From Spirochaetia bacterium (lineage in GTDB: Bacteria; Spirochaetota; Spirochaetia; CAKZLE01), in the NCBI GenBank assembly GCA_963677595.1, contig OY782041.1, positions 3,264,001-3,328,000 on the forward strand: DNA of 64,000 bases, given 5' to 3'. The translations under genes were made by a program, and so were the position numbers. Shown one piece after another: positions 10,657-20,381 of this stretch. Under the pieces are notes generated by a model. It was not told the origin of the DNA. It ran no database searches and saw only the letters and a list, made by a program, of their open reading frames with translations. Position 1 is the stretch's first letter. Each line of letters begins with the position of its first letter.

Positions 10657-11453
10657 TGAATACCAGTAAAAACCATACCAACCCTTCGATGACTGTCCTG
10701 GCATTGGGCTGCCATCCAGATGATATTGAGTTCATGATGGGGGGGACCCTGCTTCTGCTGCGCGATGCAGGCGTGAGCCTCCATTACTGCAATCTCGCAG
10801 ACGGGTCACTGGGATCAGGGACACTGTCAAAGAATGACCTGGTGAAGACCAGGGCACTGGAGGCCAAGCAGGCTGCGACCCTGTTAGATGCCGTATACCA
10901 TAAGAGCATGGGAGAGGATCTGGGTATTTTCTATGAACCAGTGATCATTCGGAAAGTCGCTTCTCTGATACGTACGGTCGATCCTGATATCCTGCTGCTG
11001 CCGGCGATCGATGATTACATGGAGGATCATATGAATACGGCAAGGATAGGGATCACAGCGGCTTTCAGCAGGAGCATGCCGTTGTATGAGACACTGCCGC
11101 CGAGACCTCCAACTACCAAGCCCGTTGCTGTCTATCATGCTATGCCGTATGGGCTGAAGAATGGCCAGAATATTATGATGTATCCAGAGTTTTTCATAAA
11201 CGTAACCAGTGTGATCGAGGAAAAGTCCCAGTTGTTATCCTGCCACAAAAGCCAGAAAGATTGGCTGGATGCTTCACAGCAGGTTGGTTCATACGTGAAG
11301 AATATGCGTACAATGGGAAGGGATGTGGGGACACTTTCTAAACAGTTTCTCTATGCAGAGGGGTGGCGGCGCCATAATCCGCTGGGATACTCTGCGGAGA
11401 ATTATAACCCTTTGGTTGAGTTGCTCCATACCAGCTTTGGAGAGTGGCCATGA
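10656..11453 (+). CDS. PIG-L/LmbE family N-acetyl deacetylase
   Basis: CHPDDIE metal motif, DYMEDH, HKSQ, AEG; TGATG overlap with the upstream stop. Confidence 0.9.
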   Translation: MNTSKNHTNPSMTVLALGCHPDDIEFMMGGTLLLLRDAGVSLHYCNLADGSLGSGTLSKNDLVKTRALEAKQAATLLDAVYHKSMGEDLGIFYEPVIIRKVASLIRTVDPDILLLPAIDDYMEDHMNTARIGITAAFSRSMPLYETLPPRPPTTKPVAVYHAMPYGLKNGQNIMMYPEFFINVTSVIEEKSQLLSCHKSQKDWLDASQQVGSYVKNMRTMGRDVGTLSKQFLYAEGWRRHNPLGYSAENYNPLVELLHTSFGEWP

Positions 11454-12661
11454 AACCATCAACACGAGTAGAGGCAATGCAGTTCTCACCCATACGGAAG
11501 TTCAACGGTCTTGTGGAAGAGGTGAAGAAGAAAGGGATAGAGGTAATCCATCTCAACATCGGCCAACCTGATCTGCAAACCCCCGAACCATTCTTCTCGG
11601 GGTATCCGATTACTCCGTCTGAACCGGTACGTTACGGCCCTTCACTCGGGTTGGATTCATACCGCAAGGCTCTGAAGAGGTTTTACGATCGGAGAGGACT
11701 TGACTTGGATCTTGAGCATATTGTTGTTACAACAGCAGCGAGTGAGGCAATATTCTTTGTACTTATGAGTATTTGCGATCCGGGTGATGAGATCCTGATC
11801 CCCGAACCTTTCTATACAAACTATCGGTCGTTCTGTGACATGGCAGGCATTACCATCATTCCTGTCCCCACTTCCTGGGAACTGAAATTCAACCTGCCGC
11901 CAATAGAAGAGATAGAAAGTCTCATCACAACGAGGACACGGGGATTCCTGATGTGTACCCCGAACAACCCGACAGGGGCAGTGTATAACCGGGAGGTGGT
12001 CAAGAAACTGCTTGAGATGGGGAAGAACCATGATCTCTGGATCATCAATGACGAGGTGTATCGTGATTTTGTCTATACCGGGGATGCTTTCAGCATGATG
12101 GAGCTTCCCGGGGCTGCAAGCCATGGGATAGTCATTGACAGCCTATCCAAGCGATACAGTGCCTGCGGTGCCAGACTGGGTTCCATCATAACCAAGGATC
12201 GCCATCTGATAAGCAGCATCAGCAAACTGGCACAGGCTCGACTCTCCTCTCCAACCTTGGAGCAGCGGGCGGCTGCTGAGTTAGTTGACAGGGCTGATGT
12301 GGCGATCGAGAAGATGAAGAAGCTCTACGAAGAACGGGTCAGTACTATATGCAGGGAGCTTGATCAGATTCCTGACATTGAATATATCAGACCCAGCGGA
12401 GCCTTCTATGTGATGGTCAGGCTGCCGGTAGATGATTGTGAACGGTTTACGGCATTCCTACTGACAGAGATAGCCATCGATAAGAAGACGCTTCTTGTCT
12501 CCCCTGCAGCCGGGTTCTATATCCAGCCAGGAAGGGGAATGCAGGAAGTGAGGATAGCTGCAGTCCTTGATACCGATACGCTCATTCAGGCATGCAGGAT
12601 CTTAAGAACAGGTTTGGCTCGATACTGTGATGAGTGTATGAATGTTGAGATAAGCATGTGA
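11450..12661 (+). CDS. PLP-dependent class I/II aminotransferase
   Basis: LNIGQPD, PNNPTG, DEVY, DSLSKRYSACGARLG (PLP Lys). Confidence 0.92.
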   Translation: MKPSTRVEAMQFSPIRKFNGLVEEVKKKGIEVIHLNIGQPDLQTPEPFFSGYPITPSEPVRYGPSLGLDSYRKALKRFYDRRGLDLDLEHIVVTTAASEAIFFVLMSICDPGDEILIPEPFYTNYRSFCDMAGITIIPVPTSWELKFNLPPIEEIESLITTRTRGFLMCTPNNPTGAVYNREVVKKLLEMGKNHDLWIINDEVYRDFVYTGDAFSMMELPGAASHGIVIDSLSKRYSACGARLGSIITKDRHLISSISKLAQARLSSPTLEQRAAAELVDRADVAIEKMKKLYEERVSTICRELDQIPDIEYIRPSGAFYVMVRLPVDDCERFTAFLLTEIAIDKKTLLVSPAAGFYIQPGRGMQEVRIAAVLDTDTLIQACRILRTGLARYCDECMNVEISM

Positions 12662-12697
12662 CATGATGAGGCTTAGCCAATCTCACTGAGAAGACTA

Positions 12698-12723
12698 CCT
12701 GCTGCATATATCTGTGCAGCAGG
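12698..12723. terminator. Hairpin between convergent genes
   Basis: CCTGCTGCA...TGCAGCAGG 9-bp stem between the aminotransferase and sulfatase stops. Confidence 0.6.
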
Positions 12724-12730
12724 CTGCCTC

Positions 12731-14143
12731 CTACCTGCTCCTCCCGCTCTCCTGGTACCGTCTCAGTATATGAGCCAGTTCCTCCACGATCCCCGGCTCC
12801 TGATCCCAGAGGTTCCTCGTCTCCCTGCTGTCATCAATGATGTGGTAGAGCTGCCCTGTTGAGGCCCCTGACTTCGGTGTGTACCGGACAGGCTCACTGA
12901 ACCCGCCTGAACCGGTCCCGAAGACTGCCTTCCATGGACCTCTCCGAACCGAGAACATCCCGTCGAGGGAGTGGTGGATGATCGCCTCATGGATCGGTGA
13001 GGATGGGGTTTCCCCGTTCAGTACCGGCAGGAAGCTCCTGCTGTCCTCCCCACACTCCTCAGGCATCTCCCATGCGATGATATCAGCAATGGTGGCGAAG
13101 ATATCCGCGAGACAGAGCGGCTCATCGCTGACTGATCCGCCAGAGATGGAGCCTGTCCATTGGGCCATGCAGGGCTCGCGATGCCCACCATCGTAGATAT
13201 CGCCTTTCTCCCCGCGCAGGTGCCCGTTCGACCAGTGGCCGTAGTCCTTCCCGTCATAGTCCAACAGCCGTGCCCCGTTGTCGGAGGAGAAGATGATGAG
13301 CGTGTCCTCCTCGATACCCTGAGTCTGTACAGCTTCCCTGATCCTCCCGACCATATGGTCGACCATGAGTACCATGTCTCCGCGATTCCCGGCTTTAGAT
13401 TTGCCTTTCAGGAAATCAGGCGGGACGCAGGGGCGGTGAGGGGAGGAGGGCGCAAGATAGAGGAGGAACGGTTCGCCCGAACTGCCCTGCCTCTGTATGA
13501 ACTCTTCAGCTCTCCTGATGAAGGTGAGGTCTACCTCCGTCTCCTCGAAGTTCTCTGCCTGCATACCCTCTCGCTGCTGGGGGTAGTAGTGTTCTTTGAC
13601 GGCAGTTGGGACCACCTGCGGAGCCCTGCCCTCAAGGAAGCAGTAGGGCGGCATGTCGAGGGAGCCGGCAATGCCGAAGAACTCATCGAACCCCAGGTCA
13701 CAGGGGCCCCCATCGAACCCTCGCTCATAATCGACGGCAGTCCCGTCGATCTCCCACCCGTCGCTGTCACTCTCACGGAGGGGGTTCCCCTCTGTGTCAT
13801 ACCAGTCAAGCCCCAGGTGCCACTTCCCAATGGCGGACGTACGGTAGCCTCGGCGTCTTACTAAGGAGGCGATCGTCTCCCGACCCTCCTCGATCAAGGG
13901 GGATCCGAACCCCCCGAGGACGAAATGCTTCAGCCGTGTCCTCCAGCAGTAGCGCCCGGTCAGCACGCTGTAGCGGCTCGGGGTGCAGACAGCGGAGGAG
14001 GAGTGCATGTCAGTGAAGCGCATGCCCTCTTCCGCCATGGCATCGAGGTTCGGTGTGGTGAAGTTCTCTGCCCCCTGGCAGCTCATATCCCCATAGCCCA
14101 TATCATCGGCGAGGATGATCACGATATTCGGTCTTCTGTTCAT
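12731..14143 (-). CDS. Cys-type arylsulfatase (S1 family), no signal peptide
   Basis: PNIVIILADDMG, CTPSRYSVLTG formylglycine motif, IGKWHLG, SSDNG, GEKG. Confidence 0.95.
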   Translation of the reverse strand: MNRRPNIVIILADDMGYGDMSCQGAENFTTPNLDAMAEEGMRFTDMHSSSAVCTPSRYSVLTGRYCWRTRLKHFVLGGFGSPLIEEGRETIASLVRRRGYRTSAIGKWHLGLDWYDTEGNPLRESDSDGWEIDGTAVDYERGFDGGPCDLGFDEFFGIAGSLDMPPYCFLEGRAPQVVPTAVKEHYYPQQREGMQAENFEETEVDLTFIRRAEEFIQRQGSSGEPFLLYLAPSSPHRPCVPPDFLKGKSKAGNRGDMVLMVDHMVGRIREAVQTQGIEEDTLIIFSSDNGARLLDYDGKDYGHWSNGHLRGEKGDIYDGGHREPCMAQWTGSISGGSVSDEPLCLADIFATIADIIAWEMPEECGEDSRSFLPVLNGETPSSPIHEAIIHHSLDGMFSVRRGPWKAVFGTGSGGFSEPVRYTPKSGASTGQLYHIIDDSRETRNLWDQEPGIVEELAHILRRYQESGRSR

Positions 14144-14349
14144 GGCAGGTTCCTTTAATCAAGTCATTCATACATCAAACCAGTACATACTCAGCCTGTT
14201 TTATGGATCTGTCAAGAAGAAATCCCTGGTAATCTGCTTCGGTCAGGACAAACGCATGAAACAAAACTAATTGATTAACAGCAAAGAACTAACCATCGGA
14301 AAAACTGAAGAAAATGAGAAATTTTCTGGTAATTCTGATGGTTTTCTTG

Positions 14350-14376
14350 TATAATGTATTACATAGTATGTAATAC
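14350..14376 (+). promoter_or_regulatory. IS-internal -10 box with adjacent palindromic operator
   Basis: TATAAT (14350-14355) directly followed by GTATTACATA-G-TATGTAATAC (14356-14376), then GGAGG RBS. Confidence 0.6.
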
Positions 14377-14388
14377 TTCGGAGGTTGT

Positions 14389-15006
14389 ATGCCCTATCCA
14401 CCGTGGGTCATGAAACATAAACAGAAAGGCATGTATGTCAACAAGGTCAATGATTCAACCTATCGTATCTATCGCGGTCATTCAGAACGGGTGAAAGGCA
14501 CCAAGAAAGTCAAACGTATCGTTGATGAATACATCGGTACCATCACCGAGAAAGATGGTCTGATCCCCACAAAACCCAAGATCAAGGGCGAGGTGCGTAC
14601 CCTTCGTAGTGGAGGATATGCGATCCTCTGGCGATTCTGTCGAGCCAACCTGCAGCGCATACCTCAGCTCATGGGAGATGATGCGGGTGCTGCCGTACTT
14701 GCTTCTGCGATACTTCAGGTGATCTATGGGGAGGCTTCTTCTTTTCTGTATAGCTGTGATTGGGTGAGTATGGCCTATCCTGATGTCACCTTCCCCCTGA
14801 CACCTCTGCTGGAGGCAGAAGCGAGGCGAGTGGCAACGGCCTTGCGATCCACACTCACGGCGGTTTTCGGGGAACAGGCTTCACTGGTGATGCATGCTGC
14901 TGCCTTCATCACCAGGGTCTGGGTAAATGGGCAATGGGTCAATGCCGTCGTGCCGCAAGCATGTAGGGAGCTGGCAAAGACCTATGATTTTCGTTGGGAG
15001 GTGTAA
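14389..15006 (+). CDS. IS-encoded accessory protein of unknown function (basic N-terminus)
   Basis: 205 aa inside the TIRs with GGAGG RBS; Lys/Arg-rich N-terminus MPYPPWVMKHKQKG..YRIY..EYIGTIT. Confidence 0.75.
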   Translation: MPYPPWVMKHKQKGMYVNKVNDSTYRIYRGHSERVKGTKKVKRIVDEYIGTITEKDGLIPTKPKIKGEVRTLRSGGYAILWRFCRANLQRIPQLMGDDAGAAVLASAILQVIYGEASSFLYSCDWVSMAYPDVTFPLTPLLEAEARRVATALRSTLTAVFGEQASLVMHAAAFITRVWVNGQWVNAVVPQACRELAKTYDFRWEV

Positions 15007-15007
15007 C

Positions 15008-16342
15008 ATGGCACAAGAGACTACAAGAGGAATGGATCTCTTCATGGAGATACAGGATGCGATGGGGACGATCGGCCCTTGGCAGGCTGAGCGGAAGGCT
15101 ACTCGCAAGGTCATCAAGCGATTAGTGAGTATCCTTGATACGAACGTTGATGATCCGAGGATGCAAGGGAAGGTCGCCTATCCTCTTTCGGAGATCATCG
15201 TATTGTCATTCTTCGCTGTCTTGGGGGGCGCAGTCACCTTTCAGGACATGGAAGCCATGTGCACATACAAAGAGAAGTATTTTCGTCAGTTCCTTCCCCT
15301 GAAGTCAGGGATTCCGTCACATGATACCTTCTGCAGGGTCTTCTCCCTCATCGATATGGGACAACTCAATGATGCCTTGGTGCTGTTCGTCATGCAGGCC
15401 ATGGAAGACCTGCGAAAGGCTTTGAAGATACCGGAACCTCTGCTGAAGCAGATATGTGTGGATGGGAAGGAGGCTCGAGGATCTGGTCGGATGACGAATG
15501 CAGAAGGAACAACGATCCGGAATATTCAGACGTTGCATGTCTACTCCTCCTATAACGGAATCTGTCTGAAGTCGGTGCAGATAGATCAGAAATCCAATGA
15601 GATCCCCAAAGCACAGGAGGTCTTGTCCACGATGGACTTACGAGGGACTCTGGTCTCATTCGATGCCTTGAATACGCAGAAAGGGACGATCGATGTCATC
15701 ATCGAAGGGAAAGGGCACTATCTTGGTGGATTGAAAGGGAATCAGAAGACACTCCTGGAGGAGAGCGCTGCCTATTTCACCCCTGAATACCTCCAACAGG
15801 CGGAGAATGATCCTGATAGATATTACCGGACGATGGAGAAAGCTCATGGGCAGATGGAAGAGTGCGTCTATACGGTAGCAAACGTGAAAGCGAAAGATCG
15901 CTGTTTCTTCTCTGACTGGGCAGGGATCAAAGCGGTGATACGGTTTGATAAGCGTACCGAAAAGATCAATACCGGGAAGAAGACTCAGGAGACTCGGTAT
16001 TACATCACCAGTCTCGATGGCGATGCTCAGATCTGCGGAAAAGCGATCCGGGAACATTGGCAGGTCGAGAATTCCCTGCATGGGTTCCTGGATGTGATGT
16101 TCTATGATGATGAGAATACTACGGTCAATCGTACGGCTAGCGGCAATCTGTCGCTGGTAAAGAAGATGACCCTTTCTCTGTATAAGATGATGAAGCCCCT
16201 TGAGAATTCGAAGACGCTCAGTCAGATCAAGAGAGGCTTCCATTGGGCCTATGAGGACGTTCTTGAGAGGATGTTGAGTATGTGTGATAACCGGACTATT
16301 CGCACCGCATTAGATGAGTCCTTGCAGAAACAGAAGAAATAA
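15008..16342 (+). CDS. ISAs1-family DDE transposase
   Basis: DPRMQGKVAYPL, GIPSHDTF, VDGK, KSNEIP, FDALNTQ, LKGNQ, RYYITS, IREHWQVENSLH. Confidence 0.96.
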   Translation: MAQETTRGMDLFMEIQDAMGTIGPWQAERKATRKVIKRLVSILDTNVDDPRMQGKVAYPLSEIIVLSFFAVLGGAVTFQDMEAMCTYKEKYFRQFLPLKSGIPSHDTFCRVFSLIDMGQLNDALVLFVMQAMEDLRKALKIPEPLLKQICVDGKEARGSGRMTNAEGTTIRNIQTLHVYSSYNGICLKSVQIDQKSNEIPKAQEVLSTMDLRGTLVSFDALNTQKGTIDVIIEGKGHYLGGLKGNQKTLLEESAAYFTPEYLQQAENDPDRYYRTMEKAHGQMEECVYTVANVKAKDRCFFSDWAGIKAVIRFDKRTEKINTGKKTQETRYYITSLDGDAQICGKAIREHWQVENSLHGFLDVMFYDDENTTVNRTASGNLSLVKKMTLSLYKMMKPLENSKTLSQIKRGFHWAYEDVLERMLSMCDNRTIRTALDESLQKQKK

Positions 16343-16605
16343 GAGTTCTCATAAGAAATTCACAGCCCCTTCCTCAATCTCCCCTCCCGATAGGTACTGC
16401 TTCAGGCATCGGGAGGGGGCTCTTTGTCAGAGGATGATCATTTTCCTGATTTGAACCATTCATTCCCTGCGATTATTCAGATTCGTGATCCTGCCCTCAG
16501 AGTGTACGCGATTTCATGCGTTTGTCCTGCTGCTTCGGTACAAACAGTCGTCAACATCCTGTTATGCTGGTATACTATCAGCAGGTTCCCCTGCAGGAGT
16601 TGAAG

Positions 16606-17358
16606 ATGATCGATACAGACAGGATTGATTCACTGAATAGGATACTGGATGGGTATAGGCCGTTACCGGCAGAGATCGTTGAGAACCTGTATGCGGACCT
16701 GGTCCTGCGATGGACTTACCATTCCAATGCGATCGAAGGGAATACCCTGACACTTGATGAGACCCGTCGTGTGCTTGCAGGGGAGCGCATACCGGGAAAG
16801 ACTCCTGGTGAGCACCAGGAAGCGCTCAACCACCGGGAAGCGATCCATTATATTCACTCACTCATCCAACGGGGTGAACCCCTCTCCGAATGGCAGGTCA
16901 AGACGATCCACCAGCTAATTCTCAAGCAGGTCGATGATGAGCATGCAGGTGTCTACAGGAACACGAACGTGATCATCTCCGGAGCGGACCATGTGCCGCC
17001 TGATGCCCTGCAGGTGCCGGGTGAGATGCAGGGGGTCATGTCCTGGTATCGTGAGCAGGCCCAATCGCTGCACCCCGTACAGCGGGCTGCCAGGCTCCAT
17101 ACAGATTTCGTGGGGATCCACCCCTTCGTAGATGGGAACGGCAGGACTGCCAGGCTGCTGATGAACCTGGAACTGATGCGCTGCGGGTACCCTCCGGTAG
17201 TCATCCCGGTTGCCAGGCGGTTGGAGTATTACCAGGCGCTCGACCATGCCCATATGACAGGAGACCACAGCCTCTTCGATTCCTTGCTGGGAGAACTTGC
17301 CATCGAGAGCTTCAGGCCGTACTGGCATGCCCTCGGACTCCCTTGGGAGGATCTTTAG
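16606..17358 (+). CDS. Fic family protein (class II, intramolecular inhibitory helix)
   Basis: Canonical HPFVDGNGRTAR; N-terminal SNAIEGN inhibitory motif. Confidence 0.93.
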   Translation: MIDTDRIDSLNRILDGYRPLPAEIVENLYADLVLRWTYHSNAIEGNTLTLDETRRVLAGERIPGKTPGEHQEALNHREAIHYIHSLIQRGEPLSEWQVKTIHQLILKQVDDEHAGVYRNTNVIISGADHVPPDALQVPGEMQGVMSWYREQAQSLHPVQRAARLHTDFVGIHPFVDGNGRTARLLMNLELMRCGYPPVVIPVARRLEYYQALDHAHMTGDHSLFDSLLGELAIESFRPYWHALGLPWEDL

Positions 17359-17720
17359 TACAGTTCCCTGATGACCTCGACCAGCTCATCTACGGATAGC
17401 CCGAGCTTGCGGTAGTACTCCACATCCTTCTTCAGCCTGTCCATGACCATGGAATCACGCTTGTCATTCAGTTCAGGAGCAGAGAGGGGGGCGACGAAGC
17501 TGCCCCTGCCCACCACGGTGTAGATGAACCCGCCGCGTTCGAGGAGCTCCCAGGCCTTCTTGACGGTGATGATGCTCACTCGCAGCTCCTTGGCAGTCGT
17601 CCTGATCGGGGGGAGGGCAGCATCGCTCTCGAGCTCACCCCTGATGATCTGGGAGGAGAGCTGCTCGAAGATCTGCTGGTAGATCGGGTGCTCCGACGTG
17701 TTCGATAGTACGATCTTCAT
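17355..17720 (-). CDS. GntR family regulator, YtrA subfamily
   Basis: 121 aa, PIYQQI, LPPIRTTAKELRVSIITVKKAW, GRGSFV. Confidence 0.92.
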   Translation of the reverse strand: MKIVLSNTSEHPIYQQIFEQLSSQIIRGELESDAALPPIRTTAKELRVSIITVKKAWELLERGGFIYTVVGRGSFVAPLSAPELNDKRDSMVMDRLKKDVEYYRKLGLSVDELVEVIRELY

Positions 17721-18364
17721 CAGATGTCCACTTCCGAGAATCTCGAGCTCGAGACCCGGTATGCGATCCAGGTCAGGATAACGAAGATCCCCATGCCGAG
17801 GAGCAGCGTGACTGCCTGGGCAGGGCTATTGTGCTCCATGGCGCGCTCGAACCCATCGCTGATGATCAGGAACATCTCGACTGCCAAAGCGAAGAGGATC
17901 ACGACGACGTTCGCGATGATGACCGGGACGCCGAATTTGTAGCCGGTCTTGAAGAACATCGGGAAGAGGATGATGTTGAAGATCCCGTAGATGAGGAAGA
18001 CGAAGCCGAAATAAGCAGCGTTGAGGTCGAAGGCGAAGTTCGGCAGGTGGTAGAGCAGGTGGTTGCATACGGCGAAGATCGCAGCGAAGGCGATGTGGAG
18101 GAGTTCGAGCACAGCGACCGAGCCGATCCTGGCCTTGACGATATCGTCCTTGCTGATCGGCAGCAGGGCCGAGAAGTTGAGGTCATAGTTCGCCCTATAG
18201 CCGCTGAACATGTTCGGGATCGAGGTGAAGCAGAAGTAGAGGGGGACAAGGAAGTAGATCCACTGCGGGATGAGCATCAGCAGCCCGAAGATCGCCGATC
18301 CATAGATGAAGAACGGCGGTATGGCAAGCCGGAATTCCTTATAGAGCAGATTGTACATCAGCAT
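17720..18364 (-). CDS. ABC-2 type transporter permease
   Basis: Hydrophobic segments, LPISKDDIVKAR motif; coupled to ATPase and ytrA-like gene. Confidence 0.85.
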   Translation of the reverse strand: MLMYNLLYKEFRLAIPPFFIYGSAIFGLLMLIPQWIYFLVPLYFCFTSIPNMFSGYRANYDLNFSALLPISKDDIVKARIGSVAVLELLHIAFAAIFAVCNHLLYHLPNFAFDLNAAYFGFVFLIYGIFNIILFPMFFKTGYKFGVPVIIANVVVILFALAVEMFLIISDGFERAMEHNSPAQAVTLLLGMGIFVILTWIAYRVSSSRFSEVDI

Positions 18365-19214
18365 ACTCCTTTCGTGCGTAATAGATCATGATATCCTCCA
18401 GGGTCGGCACCTCGAAGGTGAGGGAGGAAGCAGAGAGGGAATCCCGGTCACGCTGGTGCAGGAGGCCGGAGAACCCGAACTGGTTCTTCCTGCAGGAGAT
18501 GAGGCTTCCCTCCAGTCCAGCATCGAGCTGGTCTGCCGTGCCCTTCACCACCGAATAGGCTCCGATGAAATCATCCCTCGTGGCACTGGCGATGATCTCC
18601 CCCTCATGGATATAGGTGATGTAGTCGGCGCACTTCTCGAGGTCGCTCGTGATGTGGGTCGAGAAGATGACGCTCCGTTCCCCGTCCTCGACGAGCTGCT
18701 GGAAGATCTCGAGCAGCTCGTCCCGAGCCGCCGGGTCGAGCCCGCTGGTAGGTTCATCGAGGATGAAGAGCTTCGCGTGGTGGGATAAGGCGAGGGCAAG
18801 GGAGTACTTGGTCCGCATCCCTGCAGACAGCTCGCTGATCCGCTTTGTCTGGTCTATCTTGAAGAGCCTGCAGTAGCTCTCGTAGCGCACGTCATCCCAA
18901 TGGGAATAGAACCGCTTCACCACGCTGGTGATCGTCCGTACCTGGCTCTTGGGGTAGAAGGTCATATCACCGAAGAGGACCCCGAGATCGTTCTTCAACT
19001 CGATCTCATGGGAAGTGAACTCCTTCCCGAACATATGGACGCTCCCATGGTCGGGGTGGACCATGTTCAGCATCGATTTCAGGGTCGTGGTCTTCCCGGC
19101 ACCGTTCATGCCGATGAAGCCCATGATGAACCCGGCATCGAGGGAGAAGGAGACATCCTTCAGCTCGAATGCGGGGTACTGCTTATGCAGGTTCTCAATT
19201 CTCAACAGTTCCAT
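18339..19214 (-). CDS. ABC transporter ATP-binding protein (YtrB-like)
   Basis: Walker A GMNGAGKTT, LSAGM signature, ILDEPTSGLD, STH. Confidence 0.95.
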   Translation of the reverse strand: MELLRIENLHKQYPAFELKDVSFSLDAGFIMGFIGMNGAGKTTTLKSMLNMVHPDHGSVHMFGKEFTSHEIELKNDLGVLFGDMTFYPKSQVRTITSVVKRFYSHWDDVRYESYCRLFKIDQTKRISELSAGMRTKYSLALALSHHAKLFILDEPTSGLDPAARDELLEIFQQLVEDGERSVIFSTHITSDLEKCADYITYIHEGEIIASATRDDFIGAYSVVKGTADQLDAGLEGSLISCRKNQFGFSGLLHQRDRDSLSASSLTFEVPTLEDIMIYYARKEYADVQSAL

Positions 19215-19233
19215 AGAAAATCCTCCCTGACAC

Positions 19234-19285
19234 TATTGTGTCTATTGAGTATACACAATATAACTCTGAATTCGTGAGACGTCAA
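19234..19285 (-). promoter_or_regulatory. Sigma70 promoter with YtrA-type operator
   Basis: Minus-strand TTGACG-N17-TATATT; inverted repeat TATTGTGT...ACACAATA at 19234-19260. Confidence 0.65.
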
Positions 19286-19386
19286 GGGTTGGAGGATAAA
19301 AAAACTCAGGGGCTATTCACTACCCCGGTTGTACGAATCGGGAAAACCCCGTACTATGGACCTGCAAAGGGGAGAGGGAGTAGAGG

Positions 19387-20322
19387 ATGAACAGACTATC
19401 GTTACCGACGATCGCAGGACTGGCAGCCATGCTGCTGTGCTGGACCATGACCCCGCTGGCGATCACCTACGTGAAGGAGCACTTCTCACTGCTCTTCCAG
19501 ATCTGGCTGCGCTATTTCAGCTCCTTCGTGTTCCTCTGGGTCCTGGCTTCCCGGCAGAAGGACTTCAGGAAGGATGTGGCAGCTGCCCTCAGACACAAGG
19601 GCAGGTTCCTGCTCATGACTATATCGGCGGCGCTGCTGACCTTAGGCTTCCAGCTGCTGTACACCTACTGCTTCTTCCTCGTGACCCCTACCTTCGGCAT
19701 CCTGCTCTACGAGAGCCAGGTGCTGTTCGCCCTGCTGTGGGGCATGATCTTCTTCCAATCCGAGCGGCACCTCATGAAACAGCCCGGCATCATCGCCGGG
19801 ATCCTGATGGCTGTGGCGGGAGCCGCTGCCGTCATCATCTTCCGAAGCGGCGGGATCACCGTCGACGTGAATATCGGGATCCTGATGGCCCTCGGTGCGG
19901 CTGTCTGCTGGTCCTTCCTCGGGGTGGTGCTGAACAAGGGCGGGAGCGGGACGACCTTCTCGCCCCTGTTCGTCATCGCGACCGTCTTCACCCTGGTCGT
20001 CATCTTCCTCGGCCCCGTGCTCTTCTTCACGGGAGCACCCCACATCACCGAGCCGGAGGGCAGTCACTGGTTCGTGCTCATCGGTTCAGGGATGCTCGGG
20101 ATCGCTGCAGGGCAGGGGATCTACTACAGCCTCCTGCCGAAGACGGGCATCGTGGTCATCGCCTCGGTACAGCTGCTCGTACCTCTGCTCACAGGGATAG
20201 CATCATTCCTCCTCTTCGCTGAGCGGCTCACGGTACTCCAGCTCGTCGGGGGAGCTGTTCTCCTCTCCGGGGCACAGCTGATCCTCAAGCAGAAGGCGAA
20301 GGACAGCCTAGGTCAGGACTGA
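19387..20322 (+). CDS. DMT/EamA family transporter
   Basis: About 10 hydrophobic helices in two repeats; FAERLTVLQLVG EamA-type C-terminus. Confidence 0.85.
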   Translation: MNRLSLPTIAGLAAMLLCWTMTPLAITYVKEHFSLLFQIWLRYFSSFVFLWVLASRQKDFRKDVAAALRHKGRFLLMTISAALLTLGFQLLYTYCFFLVTPTFGILLYESQVLFALLWGMIFFQSERHLMKQPGIIAGILMAVAGAAAVIIFRSGGITVDVNIGILMALGAAVCWSFLGVVLNKGGSGTTFSPLFVIATVFTLVVIFLGPVLFFTGAPHITEPEGSHWFVLIGSGMLGIAAGQGIYYSLLPKTGIVVIASVQLLVPLLTGIASFLLFAERLTVLQLVGGAVLLSGAQLILKQKAKDSLGQD

Positions 20323-20381
20323 AATCACCGCCACAACGATACACTTTCTCCCCAGCATGCCCTATAATCATATGGTAGGGG

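Larger units (their letters stand above)
14244..16529 (+). mobile_element. ISAs1-family insertion sequence with two ORFs (2286 bp)
   Basis: Perfect 18-bp TIRs CAGGACAAACGCATGAAA (14244-14261) / TTTCATGCGTTTGTCCTG (16512-16529); 10-bp TSD CTGCTTCGGT at 14234-14243 and 16530-16539. Confidence 0.95.
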
